Positions 1-9,511 of a stretch of 61,147 bases of DNA are shown here, piece after piece. This stretch comes from Candidatus Woesearchaeota archaeon. GTDB taxonomy: Archaea > Nanobdellota > Nanobdellia > Woesearchaeales > ARS49. Both the position numbers and the translations under genes were made by a program. The DNA lies in contig JAFGHW010000048.1 in NCBI GenBank assembly GCA_016929895.1, positions 1 to 61,147 of the forward strand. The letters run 5' to 3'. Position 1 is the stretch's first letter. Each line of letters begins with the position of its first letter. The notes beneath the pieces were generated by a model. The model made no database searches. It saw nothing but the letters and a program-made list of their open reading frames with translations, and was not told the origin of the DNA.

Positions 1-2
1 TA

Positions 3-791
3 GATATTTTTCATCAATTCGAAACAGATACAACAAAAATAACATTTGGACAATTACAAGATTTAGTTTATAGTCAAGGAACACAAATAGGCAATCCTGG
101 AAATTATTTAGCGCACATTTCTAATACCGCAGGCATATTAAGAAGTTTAGTAATAGTTCTAGACAAAATTCACAAAGGCCAACTAAAATTGCCACATCCA
201 GATATTGCATATGCCATAGGTCTTGTTCATGATTTAAATGCAACTTTTAGTAATTATGCAATTGGTGGACAGCAATCAAAAGAATTTGATGAATTTGTTT
301 TAGCAAAAAAATTAGGATTTAAAAGAATGGCAGATGAAGCAGCAATGCATAGTGATTATTTAGGAGCAATTAATTTGCTGGCTGAGGGAGTTGATTTTCC
401 TAAACAAGAAGCATATATTGGAATGAAACAAATTCTAACGGGAGATGGACCATTAAGTTATCCAAAAATTGAAAGAGAATTTAATAGTTATTTAGAAGGA
501 AAAGACAGATTAAATCTATTATTACTAACTATATCAGATTATACGGAGAAAGGACAGCCACATTTTAATGCAGATAAATTTGATGAAAACTTTGAAGAAA
601 GATCAAAAGATATTATGTGGAGATACCATGGAAAAGCACATTCTCAAGGAAAACTACCATCATTATTAGGACAGGCTTTAGTAAATGGAGGAATGAAAAG
701 AATTGCAATGTATAAAAAAATTGTAAATGTTCTTCTTGAAGCTAATCCAGAAAAAATTGAAAGATTAAAACAAGAAACCAATTTTTTTTAG
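3..791 (+). CDS. HD-domain metal-dependent phosphohydrolase-like protein, 5'-truncated by the window edge
   Basis: The frame of ORF 189..791 is open back to base 3 (DIFHQFETD...NYLAHISNTAG...). It has the HD pattern: H (LAHIS), AYAIGLVHDL, AAMH, ISD. Confidence 0.65.
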   Translation, partial: DIFHQFETDTTKITFGQLQDLVYSQGTQIGNPGNYLAHISNTAGILRSLVIVLDKIHKGQLKLPHPDIAYAIGLVHDLNATFSNYAIGGQQSKEFDEFVLAKKLGFKRMADEAAMHSDYLGAINLLAEGVDFPKQEAYIGMKQILTGDGPLSYPKIEREFNSYLEGKDRLNLLLLTISDYTEKGQPHFNADKFDENFEERSKDIMWRYHGKAHSQGKLPSLLGQALVNGGMKRIAMYKKIVNVLLEANPEKIERLKQETNFF

Positions 792-805
792 TTAATTAAT
801 AAAAA

Positions 806-1981
806 ATGATAAACTGCAAAGAATTTTATGACAAATTGAATGAAAAAGGAATAGATTTTTTTGCAGGGGTGCCTGATTCTCTTTTAAAAGATTTTTGTGC
901 TTATATAACTGATAATGCAAAGACAGAAAATCATATAATAACAGCAAATGAAGGCGGAGCAATCGCTCTTGCAACAGGATATTATTTAGCAACAGGAAAA
1001 ATGGTATTAGTTTATATGCAGAATTCAGGACAAGGAAATGCAGTAAATCCATTAATATCTTTAGCAGATTCAGATGTATACAGCATACCTTTATTGATGA
1101 TGGTGGGCTGGAGGGGAGAGCCAGGAAAAAAAGACGAACCACAGCATAAAAAACAAGGAAAAATAACATTAGCTTTGCTAGAAACAATGGGAATAGAATA
1201 TGCGATTCTTCCAGATGACATGGAAGAAGCAGCGAAAATAATAGATTGTGCTGTAACTTACATGGCCGAAAATAATGCGCCGTATGCTCTTATAATTAAA
1301 AAAGGAACATTTGAATCTTATTCTTTGAAAACAGAATTAGAGACTTTCTATGATTTAAACAGAGAACAAGCAATCAAATTAATACTAGATCAATTAAATC
1401 CGAATGATATTGTTATTTCAACAACAGGAAAAACATCAAGAGAACTTTTTGAATACAGAGAAGAATCAAAACAAGGTCATGAAAAAGATTTTTTAACAGT
1501 AGGTTCAATGGGACATGCTTCACAAATTGCTTTAGGAATTGCTTTATCAAAACCTGACAGACAAGTGTATTGTTTTGATGGAGATGGAGCAGTAATAATG
1601 CATACGGGTTCATTGGCGATTATAGGTTCAAAAGCTCCAAAGAACTTTAAGCACGTAGTCTTTAATAATGGAGCGCATGATTCTGTTGGAGGACAGCCAA
1701 CTGTTGGATTTGAAGTAGACTTTCCTGCAATTGCCCAAGCATGCGGGTATCAAAATGTAAAGTCTGCTGAGAAAATAGAAGATATTAAAGAAAAAATTCA
1801 ATTGTTGAAAACATGTGAAGGGCCGGCATTACTTGAAATAAAAATAAACAAAGGCGCAAGAAAAGACTTAGGAAGGCCTACAACAACACCAAAGGACAAT
1901 AAGAAAGCTTTTATGGAGTTTTTAAAGAGGCAGGGTGGGGAAAAATGGAACAGAAGGAATATTTTGGAAATGGCAGAATAA
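806..1981 (+). CDS. aepY: Phosphonopyruvate decarboxylase (ThDP-dependent)
   Basis: FFAGVPDSLLKDFC, ANEGGAIALA, YMQNSGQGNAVNPL, GWRGEPGKKDEPQH, TVGSMGH, ThDP motif DGDG...NNGAHDSVGGQPT, C-terminal DLGRP. Confidence 0.95.
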   Translation: MINCKEFYDKLNEKGIDFFAGVPDSLLKDFCAYITDNAKTENHIITANEGGAIALATGYYLATGKMVLVYMQNSGQGNAVNPLISLADSDVYSIPLLMMVGWRGEPGKKDEPQHKKQGKITLALLETMGIEYAILPDDMEEAAKIIDCAVTYMAENNAPYALIIKKGTFESYSLKTELETFYDLNREQAIKLILDQLNPNDIVISTTGKTSRELFEYREESKQGHEKDFLTVGSMGHASQIALGIALSKPDRQVYCFDGDGAVIMHTGSLAIIGSKAPKNFKHVVFNNGAHDSVGGQPTVGFEVDFPAIAQACGYQNVKSAEKIEDIKEKIQLLKTCEGPALLEIKINKGARKDLGRPTTTPKDNKKAFMEFLKRQGGEKWNRRNILEMAE

Positions 1982-3087
1982 TACATGTAGAACATGTATT
2001 ACAAGATATTGAAGCTAGAAATATATTTTTAGTAACTGGAAAAAAGTCTTATGAATCCTCAGAAGCAAAATCCAAATTAGATTATCTATTAAGAAGATAT
2101 GATGTTACCAATTTTTCTGATTTTAATGGAAATCCTAATTTAAGAGACATAGAAAAAGGTATTAATTTATTTAACCAAGGGAAATATGATATGGTTATGG
2201 CGGTAGGGGGCGGGCGTGTTATTGATACTGCAAAAGCAATCAATTCTCTTTCGGTTCAATCAAAAAATCCCGAGGAATATATACGCGGAAAAAGAAAAAT
2301 CAAATACAAAGGCAAGCCATTAGTAGCAATACCAACAACAGCAGGCTCTGGAAGCGAAGCAACACATTTTGCGGTAATATACGTTGCTGGAACAAAATAT
2401 TCATTAGCAGATCAATCTATGTTGCCTGATTTTGCTATTATTGATCCTGAATTAACACATAGTTTGCCTAGAAAAATAACTGCAGAATCAGGAATGGATG
2501 CGTTATCACAGGCAATAGAAGCTTATTGGAGCGTAAACTCAACAGAGGAATCACAAAGATATTCGGCGAATACAATATACTTAGTAATGGATAACTTGAT
2601 AGATGCTGTAAATAACCCATCGCCGAAATCTAGAGAAGGTATGGCTTTAGCATCTAATTTAGCAGGAAAAGCAATAAATGAAGCAAAAACAACTGCTCCA
2701 CATGCAATATCTTATCCAATGACTTTTCATTTTAAGGTAGCCCATGGACAAGCAGTTGGACTAACTTTACCCTCTATTTTGTTGTATAATTTTAAAGTAA
2801 CAAATGAAGATTGCATTGATTCTAGAGGCGTAGAATATGTATCTAAAAAAATAGAAGAAATATGTGATTTTCTAGGGGCATCAGGAGAAGCACGCCTTGC
2901 GAAATTTAAATTAACAGAATTAATGCAAAAAATAGGACTTAAAACCCGATTAAGAGATGTGGGGATTTCTACAGAAGAAGATGTAGAAAAAATAGTTGCA
3001 GAAGGATTTAATCTACAGAGAATGAAAAATAACCCACGTTTGATTACTTCAGATGTTTTATGGCACATGTTAATGCAGATTAGATAA
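1945..3087 (+). CDS. Fe-containing alcohol dehydrogenase, probable phosphonoacetaldehyde reductase (PhpC/FomC-like)
   Basis: AVGGGRVIDTAK, AIPTTAGSGSEATHFAV, DALSQAIEAYWS, TTAPHAISY, HGQAV. Overlaps the aepY 3' end and has a GGGTGGGG SD-like sequence. Confidence 0.85.
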   Translation: MEQKEYFGNGRIIHVEHVLQDIEARNIFLVTGKKSYESSEAKSKLDYLLRRYDVTNFSDFNGNPNLRDIEKGINLFNQGKYDMVMAVGGGRVIDTAKAINSLSVQSKNPEEYIRGKRKIKYKGKPLVAIPTTAGSGSEATHFAVIYVAGTKYSLADQSMLPDFAIIDPELTHSLPRKITAESGMDALSQAIEAYWSVNSTEESQRYSANTIYLVMDNLIDAVNNPSPKSREGMALASNLAGKAINEAKTTAPHAISYPMTFHFKVAHGQAVGLTLPSILLYNFKVTNEDCIDSRGVEYVSKKIEEICDFLGASGEARLAKFKLTELMQKIGLKTRLRDVGISTEEDVEKIVAEGFNLQRMKNNPRLITSDVLWHMLMQIR

Positions 3088-3095
3088 ACGCATGA

Positions 3096-3103
3096 TTTAT
3101 AAA
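3096..3103 (+). promoter_or_regulatory. TATA box (TTTATAAA) of the flippase gene, leaderless spacing
   Basis: 23 nt upstream of ATG 3127, with no SD. Confidence 0.6.
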
Positions 3104-3126
3104 CGATTATTAATTTTTACTAATCT

Positions 3127-4605
3127 ATGAGTTACACAAAGAGAGCATTAAGAGGGTCATTGTTTGTATTTATTGCATCAATAATAACCGCTTTTTTAGG
3201 CTATTTTATACGGATAATTCTTGCACGAAATCTAAGTGTAGAAGATTATGGATTGTTTTTTGCAGTGTTTGCCTTTATAAGTTTTTTATTATTTTTTAGA
3301 GACTTAGGGCTAGGAAGCGCCTTAGTAAAACATCTTGCAGAATTCAAAGCGAAGAAAAAATTTAATGCAATAAAAACAGGAATTGTATCAGTATTTTTAT
3401 CCTTATTAATACTATCTGCAATATTTGGAGTTGTGCTTTATCTTTTAGCGCCGTTTCTTGCGCAAAATTATTTTAAAGATGAACGCGCGCTCTATATAAT
3501 ATATTTTTTCATAGCTTATATTCTTTTTAGTGCATTATTCTTGTTTTTAAGAAATATATTCCAAGGTCTGCAAAAAATCAAAACATTTGCATTAATGGAG
3601 CCAATGCGGTTAGGAATTGCTTTGTTGACAATAATCATATTTTTCGCGTTTGAATATTCATTATTCGCGCCTGTTATTGCATATTCTCTATCTTGGCTAG
3701 CGATATTTCTAATATTTCTTCCATTTGCGAGCAGTGCCTTTTCTTTTTTCGGATACCGAATTAAAAATATGAAAAAGGTAACCAAGCAATTATATCTGTT
3801 TGGAATAGCAATAGCTCTTGCGCACATAGGTGCAAAAGTAATCGCAAGAATAGACACGTTAATGTTAACATATTTTACATCGTTGACTGAAGTAGGGATT
3901 TATAATGTAGTCTTGCCAACAGCCCTATTATTTTTATTCTTTAGTGAAGCAATATCCCCTATATTATATCCTCTTGTTTCAGAACTATGGGCGAAAAAAG
4001 ACCAAAAAAAACTTTCAGAAGGGATAAATTTGCTTTATAAGTATTCGTTTGTAATAACAATTCCTGCTTTTTTAACTGTACTAGTTTTTTCTTCATTAAT
4101 TATCAAAATCCTTTTTGGAATAGAATATGTTGCCGGCAGTCTAGCACTTCAAATTTTATTAGTCGGGATATTATTTTTATTAGTTGCTACAATTAATAAT
4201 ACAGTCTTAGCAGCAATAGGAAGACCCGCCGCAGTAACAAAAGCATTTTTAATTGTTGCGGGATTAAATATTTTATTAAATTTATTATTAATTCCAATGC
4301 TGGGAATAAATGGGGCGGCAATAGCAACTGCTATCAGTTATCTTGCACTATTGTTGATATCAACAATTTTTGTTGCGAGATATATTCATTTTAAGTTTCC
4401 TTTATTTGCCTGGGCAAAAACATTTCTAATTGGACTGGTTTTCTTATTTATTGCTTTTGCAATGAAAATAGTATTAGCCACAAATATATGGATAGAGCTA
4501 ATAATAACGGTATTTTTAGCAGGACTTATTTATTTGATTTTAGCATATTTACTTAGATTGATAGATATAAAAGAATTGAAAAAATACTTAAAAAAAGCAA
4601 TTTAA
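3127..4605 (+). CDS. Wzx/MOP-family oligosaccharide flippase
   Basis: About 14 hydrophobic segments, LARNLSVEDYG, DLGL, RIDTLML...EVGIY, LIPMLGINGAAIAT. Confidence 0.9.
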   Translation: MSYTKRALRGSLFVFIASIITAFLGYFIRIILARNLSVEDYGLFFAVFAFISFLLFFRDLGLGSALVKHLAEFKAKKKFNAIKTGIVSVFLSLLILSAIFGVVLYLLAPFLAQNYFKDERALYIIYFFIAYILFSALFLFLRNIFQGLQKIKTFALMEPMRLGIALLTIIIFFAFEYSLFAPVIAYSLSWLAIFLIFLPFASSAFSFFGYRIKNMKKVTKQLYLFGIAIALAHIGAKVIARIDTLMLTYFTSLTEVGIYNVVLPTALLFLFFSEAISPILYPLVSELWAKKDQKKLSEGINLLYKYSFVITIPAFLTVLVFSSLIIKILFGIEYVAGSLALQILLVGILFLLVATINNTVLAAIGRPAAVTKAFLIVAGLNILLNLLLIPMLGINGAAIATAISYLALLLISTIFVARYIHFKFPLFAWAKTFLIGLVFLFIAFAMKIVLATNIWIELIITVFLAGLIYLILAYLLRLIDIKELKKYLKKAI

Positions 4606-5291
4606 ATTCGAAATCTTAAAAAAAGCAATTGAAAAAAAATCTTAACAACATCAATTGTCTTCATATTAGAATCATTCTGATGCGTCCATTTAATTGCCAC
4701 TTCTTTATAGGATACTTTGTGTTTTTTGATTCTGTGAAAAAGCTCGACATCAAAAATCCAACGCTCTGATTTAAGATTACTAAATAATTTTCTAGCAATA
4801 TCTGTTCTAAAGCCTTTGAATCCACAAAGATAATCTGAAAACGATGTCTGAAATAAAATGCTGACGTAATTATTAAATCCAAAACTCAAAATTCTTCTTG
4901 TAAAGTCCTTTTCTACTTTTGATTCCTTGAGATTTCTACTTCCCACAACAACATCATATTTATTAAATAAAGAAAGCATTTTTGAAATCTCTTTTGGGGC
5001 GGTAGCCCCATCAGCATCTATAAATAAAAGATGGCTACCGGTTGCTGCAGATACACCTGTTCTTACTGCATTTGCCTTGCCTTTATTTGGCGTATACGAA
5101 ATAATTCTTAAATTTTTATACTTCATATCTTTAAGAATATCCAAACTCCTGTCTTTAGAACCGTCATTAACTGCAATAATCTCATATTTCTTAAGATTCT
5201 TTACACAGTATTCATTTAAATCTTTAAAAAAAGAAGACATTCTGCCTTCTTCATTGTATACCGGAATAATAATCGAAATTTTACTAATCAT
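4602..5291 (-). CDS. GT2 dolichyl-phosphate hexose synthase-like glycosyltransferase
   Basis: ISIIIPVYNEE, VNDGSKD, NKGK, FIDAD, VGSR, DYLCGFKGF, FDVEL. Confidence 0.9.
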   Translation of the reverse strand: MISKISIIIPVYNEEGRMSSFFKDLNEYCVKNLKKYEIIAVNDGSKDRSLDILKDMKYKNLRIISYTPNKGKANAVRTGVSAATGSHLLFIDADGATAPKEISKMLSLFNKYDVVVGSRNLKESKVEKDFTRRILSFGFNNYVSILFQTSFSDYLCGFKGFRTDIARKLFSNLKSERWIFDVELFHRIKKHKVSYKEVAIKWTHQNDSNMKTIDVVKIFFQLLFLRFRI

Positions 5292-6930
5292 TTTTAATCC
5301 AATAATATTCTATTTTTCCTCGCTTGATATCGTAAGTCTTCTTTAACAATGGACGCCTGGTTTCAATCTCGCTCATATTAAACTTTCCTCCCTTTTTTAA
5401 GAGCATTTGAATTGGCGCAAATTTGTCTTCTTGTTTGATGAGGCCAATCAAATCTATTTTATAATTACCCGAGATGTATTCAAACATTTCATTATTGTTT
5501 TTAAAGTTATTGAATTGGCTCATATCAATATAAACAAAATCAATATTAAAAACTTTTTCCTTATACTTAAAGTCAGTAAGATTTCCGGCGCCGCCACAGC
5601 TTCTTTTTGCATAGGAACAAACAGCCATTCCCTGAGAATGTGTAAATGCTATAATTCTATCGCCCCATTCTGTTTGCTTTTGGATATATTCGCCGATTAC
5701 ATCTTGTCCATAAAAATTAGTATCCCATACGCGATTATTTGCAGCTTGAACACTGCCTATAGCAAAGAGCAGAATTATCAAGGGAGCGAACTGTAATATT
5801 TTTATTTTGGTAATTCGTTTTAGAAGTAAACCGCAAGTATAGAAAAAATATGCCGCCGAAATACAAACCAATGGCAGAAAAGGCATTTGATAATAACTGT
5901 GGCCGGCAAATTTGCTTGAAATAATCATAACATACGGAACGAATGCCAAAAGGTAGCCAATCATAAATCTTGCAAATTTAGTTTTATACTTTACCGCCGC
6001 AAAAATAATGCCGACAAATGCAAACCAAAAAAACCACCAAGTATAATTATCGGCAATGTACGATTTGATAGCGGGAATTCTTGTAATCCAGTACTCAGAT
6101 CCAAAAACTCTAAATAAATCAACACTGTAATTGCTCTTAGATGCATCCAGCATAGTCACTTCAAATAATAAATTTAAAAAAATACATGGCAAAAAACCCA
6201 AAAAACCATACAATGCGCTGTAAAAGAAGTTTTTTCTTTTTTCTCTAAGCATTGCAAGAATTTTATAATACGGAAAAACAAATACAAAAGGAACAAGAAT
6301 TATAAGGTATGTGGCTTTGAAACAGCCTGCAATACCTACCGCTAGCATAGACCAAAATGCAAATTTTAATTTCAATATTTCAGTCCATTTCAAGTAAAGC
6401 AAACTTCCCAGTAAAATAAAGAACAAAGCAGGAGATTCTGGCTGAATATTTCTTCCAAAATAAATTCCTAAAGGCATAAATGATAAAAAAAATGAACTTA
6501 ATAAAGAAAGATATTCATTATTAGTCAATTGTTTTACAATATAATATAATAAAATTATGGAACCTGTCATAAAACAAATCATTGCAAGACGAGGCAGCCA
6601 TAGATTAATCCCAAAAATTTTCCAAAAAACAAAAATAATATATGAAACCATAGGAACCTGGCTGTATTCCTCGTGATATGGAATAACTCCTTTTTCTCCG
6701 TGAGTTAATTCATCCAGACCATAGAAAGCAAAAGCCCTTTTGTGCAAAAAATTACCTTCTCTATAGAAATTATATGCGGGATCGAGATATTCATTCTCTT
6801 TCATATTATGATAGCCGATAGAAGGAAAATTAATATTGTATACTCTTAAATAAAATCCGAAAAGAAGAAATATTATAAGAAATACATAAGTCAAATTAAT
6901 ACTTTTATCGCTTATTTTGATATACCACAT
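5284..6930 (-). CDS. GT-C fold (ArnT/PMT, GT83/GT39-like) membrane glycosyltransferase
   Basis: About 11 TM segments, first-loop KENEY, IFGINLWLPRL, GRNIQPE, YYQMPFLP, soluble C-terminal tail. ATG 6930 preferred over GTG 6936 because GGGAGT lies just upstream. Confidence 0.75.
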   Translation of the reverse strand: MWYIKISDKSINLTYVFLIIFLLFGFYLRVYNINFPSIGYHNMKENEYLDPAYNFYREGNFLHKRAFAFYGLDELTHGEKGVIPYHEEYSQVPMVSYIIFVFWKIFGINLWLPRLAMICFMTGSIILLYYIVKQLTNNEYLSLLSSFFLSFMPLGIYFGRNIQPESPALFFILLGSLLYLKWTEILKLKFAFWSMLAVGIAGCFKATYLIILVPFVFVFPYYKILAMLREKRKNFFYSALYGFLGFLPCIFLNLLFEVTMLDASKSNYSVDLFRVFGSEYWITRIPAIKSYIADNYTWWFFWFAFVGIIFAAVKYKTKFARFMIGYLLAFVPYVMIISSKFAGHSYYQMPFLPLVCISAAYFFYTCGLLLKRITKIKILQFAPLIILLFAIGSVQAANNRVWDTNFYGQDVIGEYIQKQTEWGDRIIAFTHSQGMAVCSYAKRSCGGAGNLTDFKYKEKVFNIDFVYIDMSQFNNFKNNNEMFEYISGNYKIDLIGLIKQEDKFAPIQMLLKKGGKFNMSEIETRRPLLKKTYDIKRGKIEYYWIKND

Positions 6931-6964
6931 ATACACTCCCCAAGGCTTTTTGATTCAAATTTGA

Positions 6965-7004
6965 TTTATAAACCTTTTGATTATAAATCCATTAATTTTA
7001 TAAG
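6965..7004. promoter_or_regulatory. Divergent TATA boxes
   Basis: Minus-strand AAAAGG-TTTATAAA at 6965-6972. Plus-strand TTTATAAG at 6997-7004, 22 nt before ATG 7027. Confidence 0.6.
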
Positions 7005-7026
7005 ACGATAAAGACAAGTTATTTAT

Positions 7027-8334
7027 ATGAAAATAACAAAAGAAGTTCATAGAGTTCTCAGATTAATTGCCAGCAAAAAAATAGACTATGTAGTGATACG
7101 CAACTTTGAAAGAATACTTCAAAATAAGCCTTATCAGGAAAAGGATGTAGATATTCTTATCGGGTCAGATAATAAAAGAAAAGTCATACGTTTATTATCA
7201 AATCAAGGATTTACTAAATTATTGTTATGTCCCTCGGCGGGACATTATGGATTTGTTAAGTACACAAATGGAAAATTTTTATCATTTCATCTTCATACCG
7301 GAGGAGTATCCGGCGCAAATATATTTTATCTGGATTCTAACTCAATATTTGAAAGACGAAAACAAGTTAAAGAAATATATGTGCCTTCAAAAGAAGATCA
7401 GATTCTTATACTTTTATTGCATTCATTTCTTGATTCGCATGAAATCAAACAAAAATATCGCGAAAAAATAAATAGTCTGCTTAAAAAACAATTAGACTGG
7501 GATTATTTAAACAAAAAATTAATCGAACAATCTAATTACGCCTTTTCAAATAAAATATTAGGCTACCTTAAAACTAAAAAATATAAAAAACTAGAAAAAT
7601 TGAGATCAAAATTTAGAAAACAGTTCTATTACTATAATTTAAATAGAAGTTTGGGAATATTAAAAACAAAAATACATATGTATTTCTGGGCGGTATATCG
7701 TTTATTTAGAAATGCTCCTTTACTTAGTTTTATAGGCATGGACGGAACAGGCAAAACAACCATGGCAAAACTCTTAAAATATAGGTTAGATAACAGCTTG
7801 ATAACAAATACTTTGATTTATACTGGTCGAGGGAGAAATAATCTTCTTCCAATACAATTTTTTGGCAGAAGATATATACGAATAACGAATAAACCACAAA
7901 AAAACAATAAAAAAATAAATTTTACTAATAAAAATAGTATTTTTACAAAAATAATGCACACTCTTGCTGCGCCAATATTTGCATTTGACTTATTTTTAAG
8001 ATATTGGATAACAATATGGCCCAAAAGAAAAACTACACAAATTGTTATAACAGATAGGTATTCAACAGATATCCTCCTCATGGCTCATGTGCCTATGTTT
8101 TTCAAAAAAATAATGTTCTTATTTTTTCCAAAGCCATCCTTAACTATATACTTGTATAATCATCCAAAAGAGCTTCATAAACGAAAAAAAGAGCATCCAA
8201 TAAATGATTTATACCGGCAGAAAAAATTATTTTTGAATATAAACAAAAAAGTCAAATCAATCAAAATTAAATCGGATAACGTCGATAAAACATTAAATAA
8301 GATATCTAAACTTATGTCAGACATCTTTTTTTAA
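7027..8334 (+). CDS. Nucleotidyltransferase-like domain fused to a thymidylate-kinase-like P-loop domain
   Basis: N-terminal YVVIRNF...KDVDILI (DxD). C-terminal GMDGTGKTT and TDRY, FPKP, HKRK. Confidence 0.7.
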   Translation: MKITKEVHRVLRLIASKKIDYVVIRNFERILQNKPYQEKDVDILIGSDNKRKVIRLLSNQGFTKLLLCPSAGHYGFVKYTNGKFLSFHLHTGGVSGANIFYLDSNSIFERRKQVKEIYVPSKEDQILILLLHSFLDSHEIKQKYREKINSLLKKQLDWDYLNKKLIEQSNYAFSNKILGYLKTKKYKKLEKLRSKFRKQFYYYNLNRSLGILKTKIHMYFWAVYRLFRNAPLLSFIGMDGTGKTTMAKLLKYRLDNSLITNTLIYTGRGRNNLLPIQFFGRRYIRITNKPQKNNKKINFTNKNSIFTKIMHTLAAPIFAFDLFLRYWITIWPKRKTTQIVITDRYSTDILLMAHVPMFFKKIMFLFFPKPSLTIYLYNHPKELHKRKKEHPINDLYRQKKLFLNINKKVKSIKIKSDNVDKTLNKISKLMSDIFF

Positions 8335-9501
8335 CAATTTTTTATAAAGTTCTAAATGTTTTTTTGCAATAATTGAAACATCAAATTTTTTAACGGTTTT
8401 ATATGCATTTTTTGTTAATTTTCTCTGAAGTTCAGGATTATTTATCATTTCTAAAATTTTTTCAGCCAAACTTTTAGGATTATTGGGGAGGGCCATAAGC
8501 ACATCTTTATAATCTGTAACCAGTTCGTTTATCTCAGGAATGCTTGTGGTAACAATTGGTGTTTTGCATGCCATTGCTTCTAGTAAGCATAATGGATTTG
8601 CTTCTGTTGCTTGTAAATTCCGATAAGGAAAGATTACTGCATTGGCCATGCTGAGATAATCAGCAACATTAATTTTTTTAACCATCAACTTGATTATTGT
8701 TCTGTTCTTCTTCTTTTTTAGATATTCTGTGTATTCTTTGGGCCAAACAGTCGGATGAATCATTAAAATCGTAATATTTTTATTTTTTGGCAAATAATCA
8801 ATACAATTAAGAATAATATCTGTTCCTTTAGAATGAACTCTATTTCCATAATATAAAATCAATTTATCTTTTTTATTAAATCCATATTTTTTTCTTAAAC
8901 CGGTTTTGTTTTTTTTGCGGAAGTTTTTAATATAAATTGGCGAATTAATGATCGTTATTTTATTTTTTTCACATCCTTTTTTGATAAATTCCTTTTTTAA
9001 TAGTTCTAAAGAGCTAATAACCGCATCGCTAAGATTAAGTAGTTTAAATGAAAAGTTATCAAAAACAGAAGAAGATTTAATTGTGTGCACTTTTTTAGCG
9101 TTTTTAGAAAAACTTTTTGCCAGAATATTATTTAATACGAGTATCGGTGCGGAGCTAAAACTATGAATTATATCAAACTTTAAATTCAGCCTTTTTTGAA
9201 CATATCTTAATCCCGCGGGCGCGGCAAAAAATCGGTTAAAAAACAAGGAGGGGTTTAAAATCCATACATTTGTCTTAAACTGGGGAAATTTATATGGACG
9301 AAAGATAGGAATTCCTTCAACTAATTCAAATCTTTTTTTTGCAGGAAGAATATTCTTATGTTGCGTGTATTTTTCCCGGCCGCTAATCATTACAACAGTA
9401 TTTCCCTGTCTTTTAAACTCTTTAGCTAAATTTAAAAGAGTGGTAAAACCTGCATCCACTGTGCTGGGATGATATTCTTTTGTAAGAAAAGCTATATTCA
9501 T
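8317..9501 (-). CDS. GT4 glycosyltransferase
   Basis: GNRVHSKG, EANPLCLLEAMACKTPIV (EX7E). Confidence 0.9.
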   Translation of the reverse strand: MNIAFLTKEYHPSTVDAGFTTLLNLAKEFKRQGNTVVMISGREKYTQHKNILPAKKRFELVEGIPIFRPYKFPQFKTNVWILNPSLFFNRFFAAPAGLRYVQKRLNLKFDIIHSFSSAPILVLNNILAKSFSKNAKKVHTIKSSSVFDNFSFKLLNLSDAVISSLELLKKEFIKKGCEKNKITIINSPIYIKNFRKKNKTGLRKKYGFNKKDKLILYYGNRVHSKGTDIILNCIDYLPKNKNITILMIHPTVWPKEYTEYLKKKKNRTIIKLMVKKINVADYLSMANAVIFPYRNLQATEANPLCLLEAMACKTPIVTTSIPEINELVTDYKDVLMALPNNPKSLAEKILEMINNPELQRKLTKNAYKTVKKFDVSIIAKKHLELYKKLLKKDV

Positions 9502-9511
9502 TTTGTATGCC

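Noticed and set aside
3..791. HD protein as Cas3 nuclease
   Set aside because: No helicase domain follows and there is no CRISPR context.
7027..8334. Housekeeping thymidylate kinase (tmk)
   Set aside because: About twice the normal length, with an NTase-like N-terminus and glycan-locus context.
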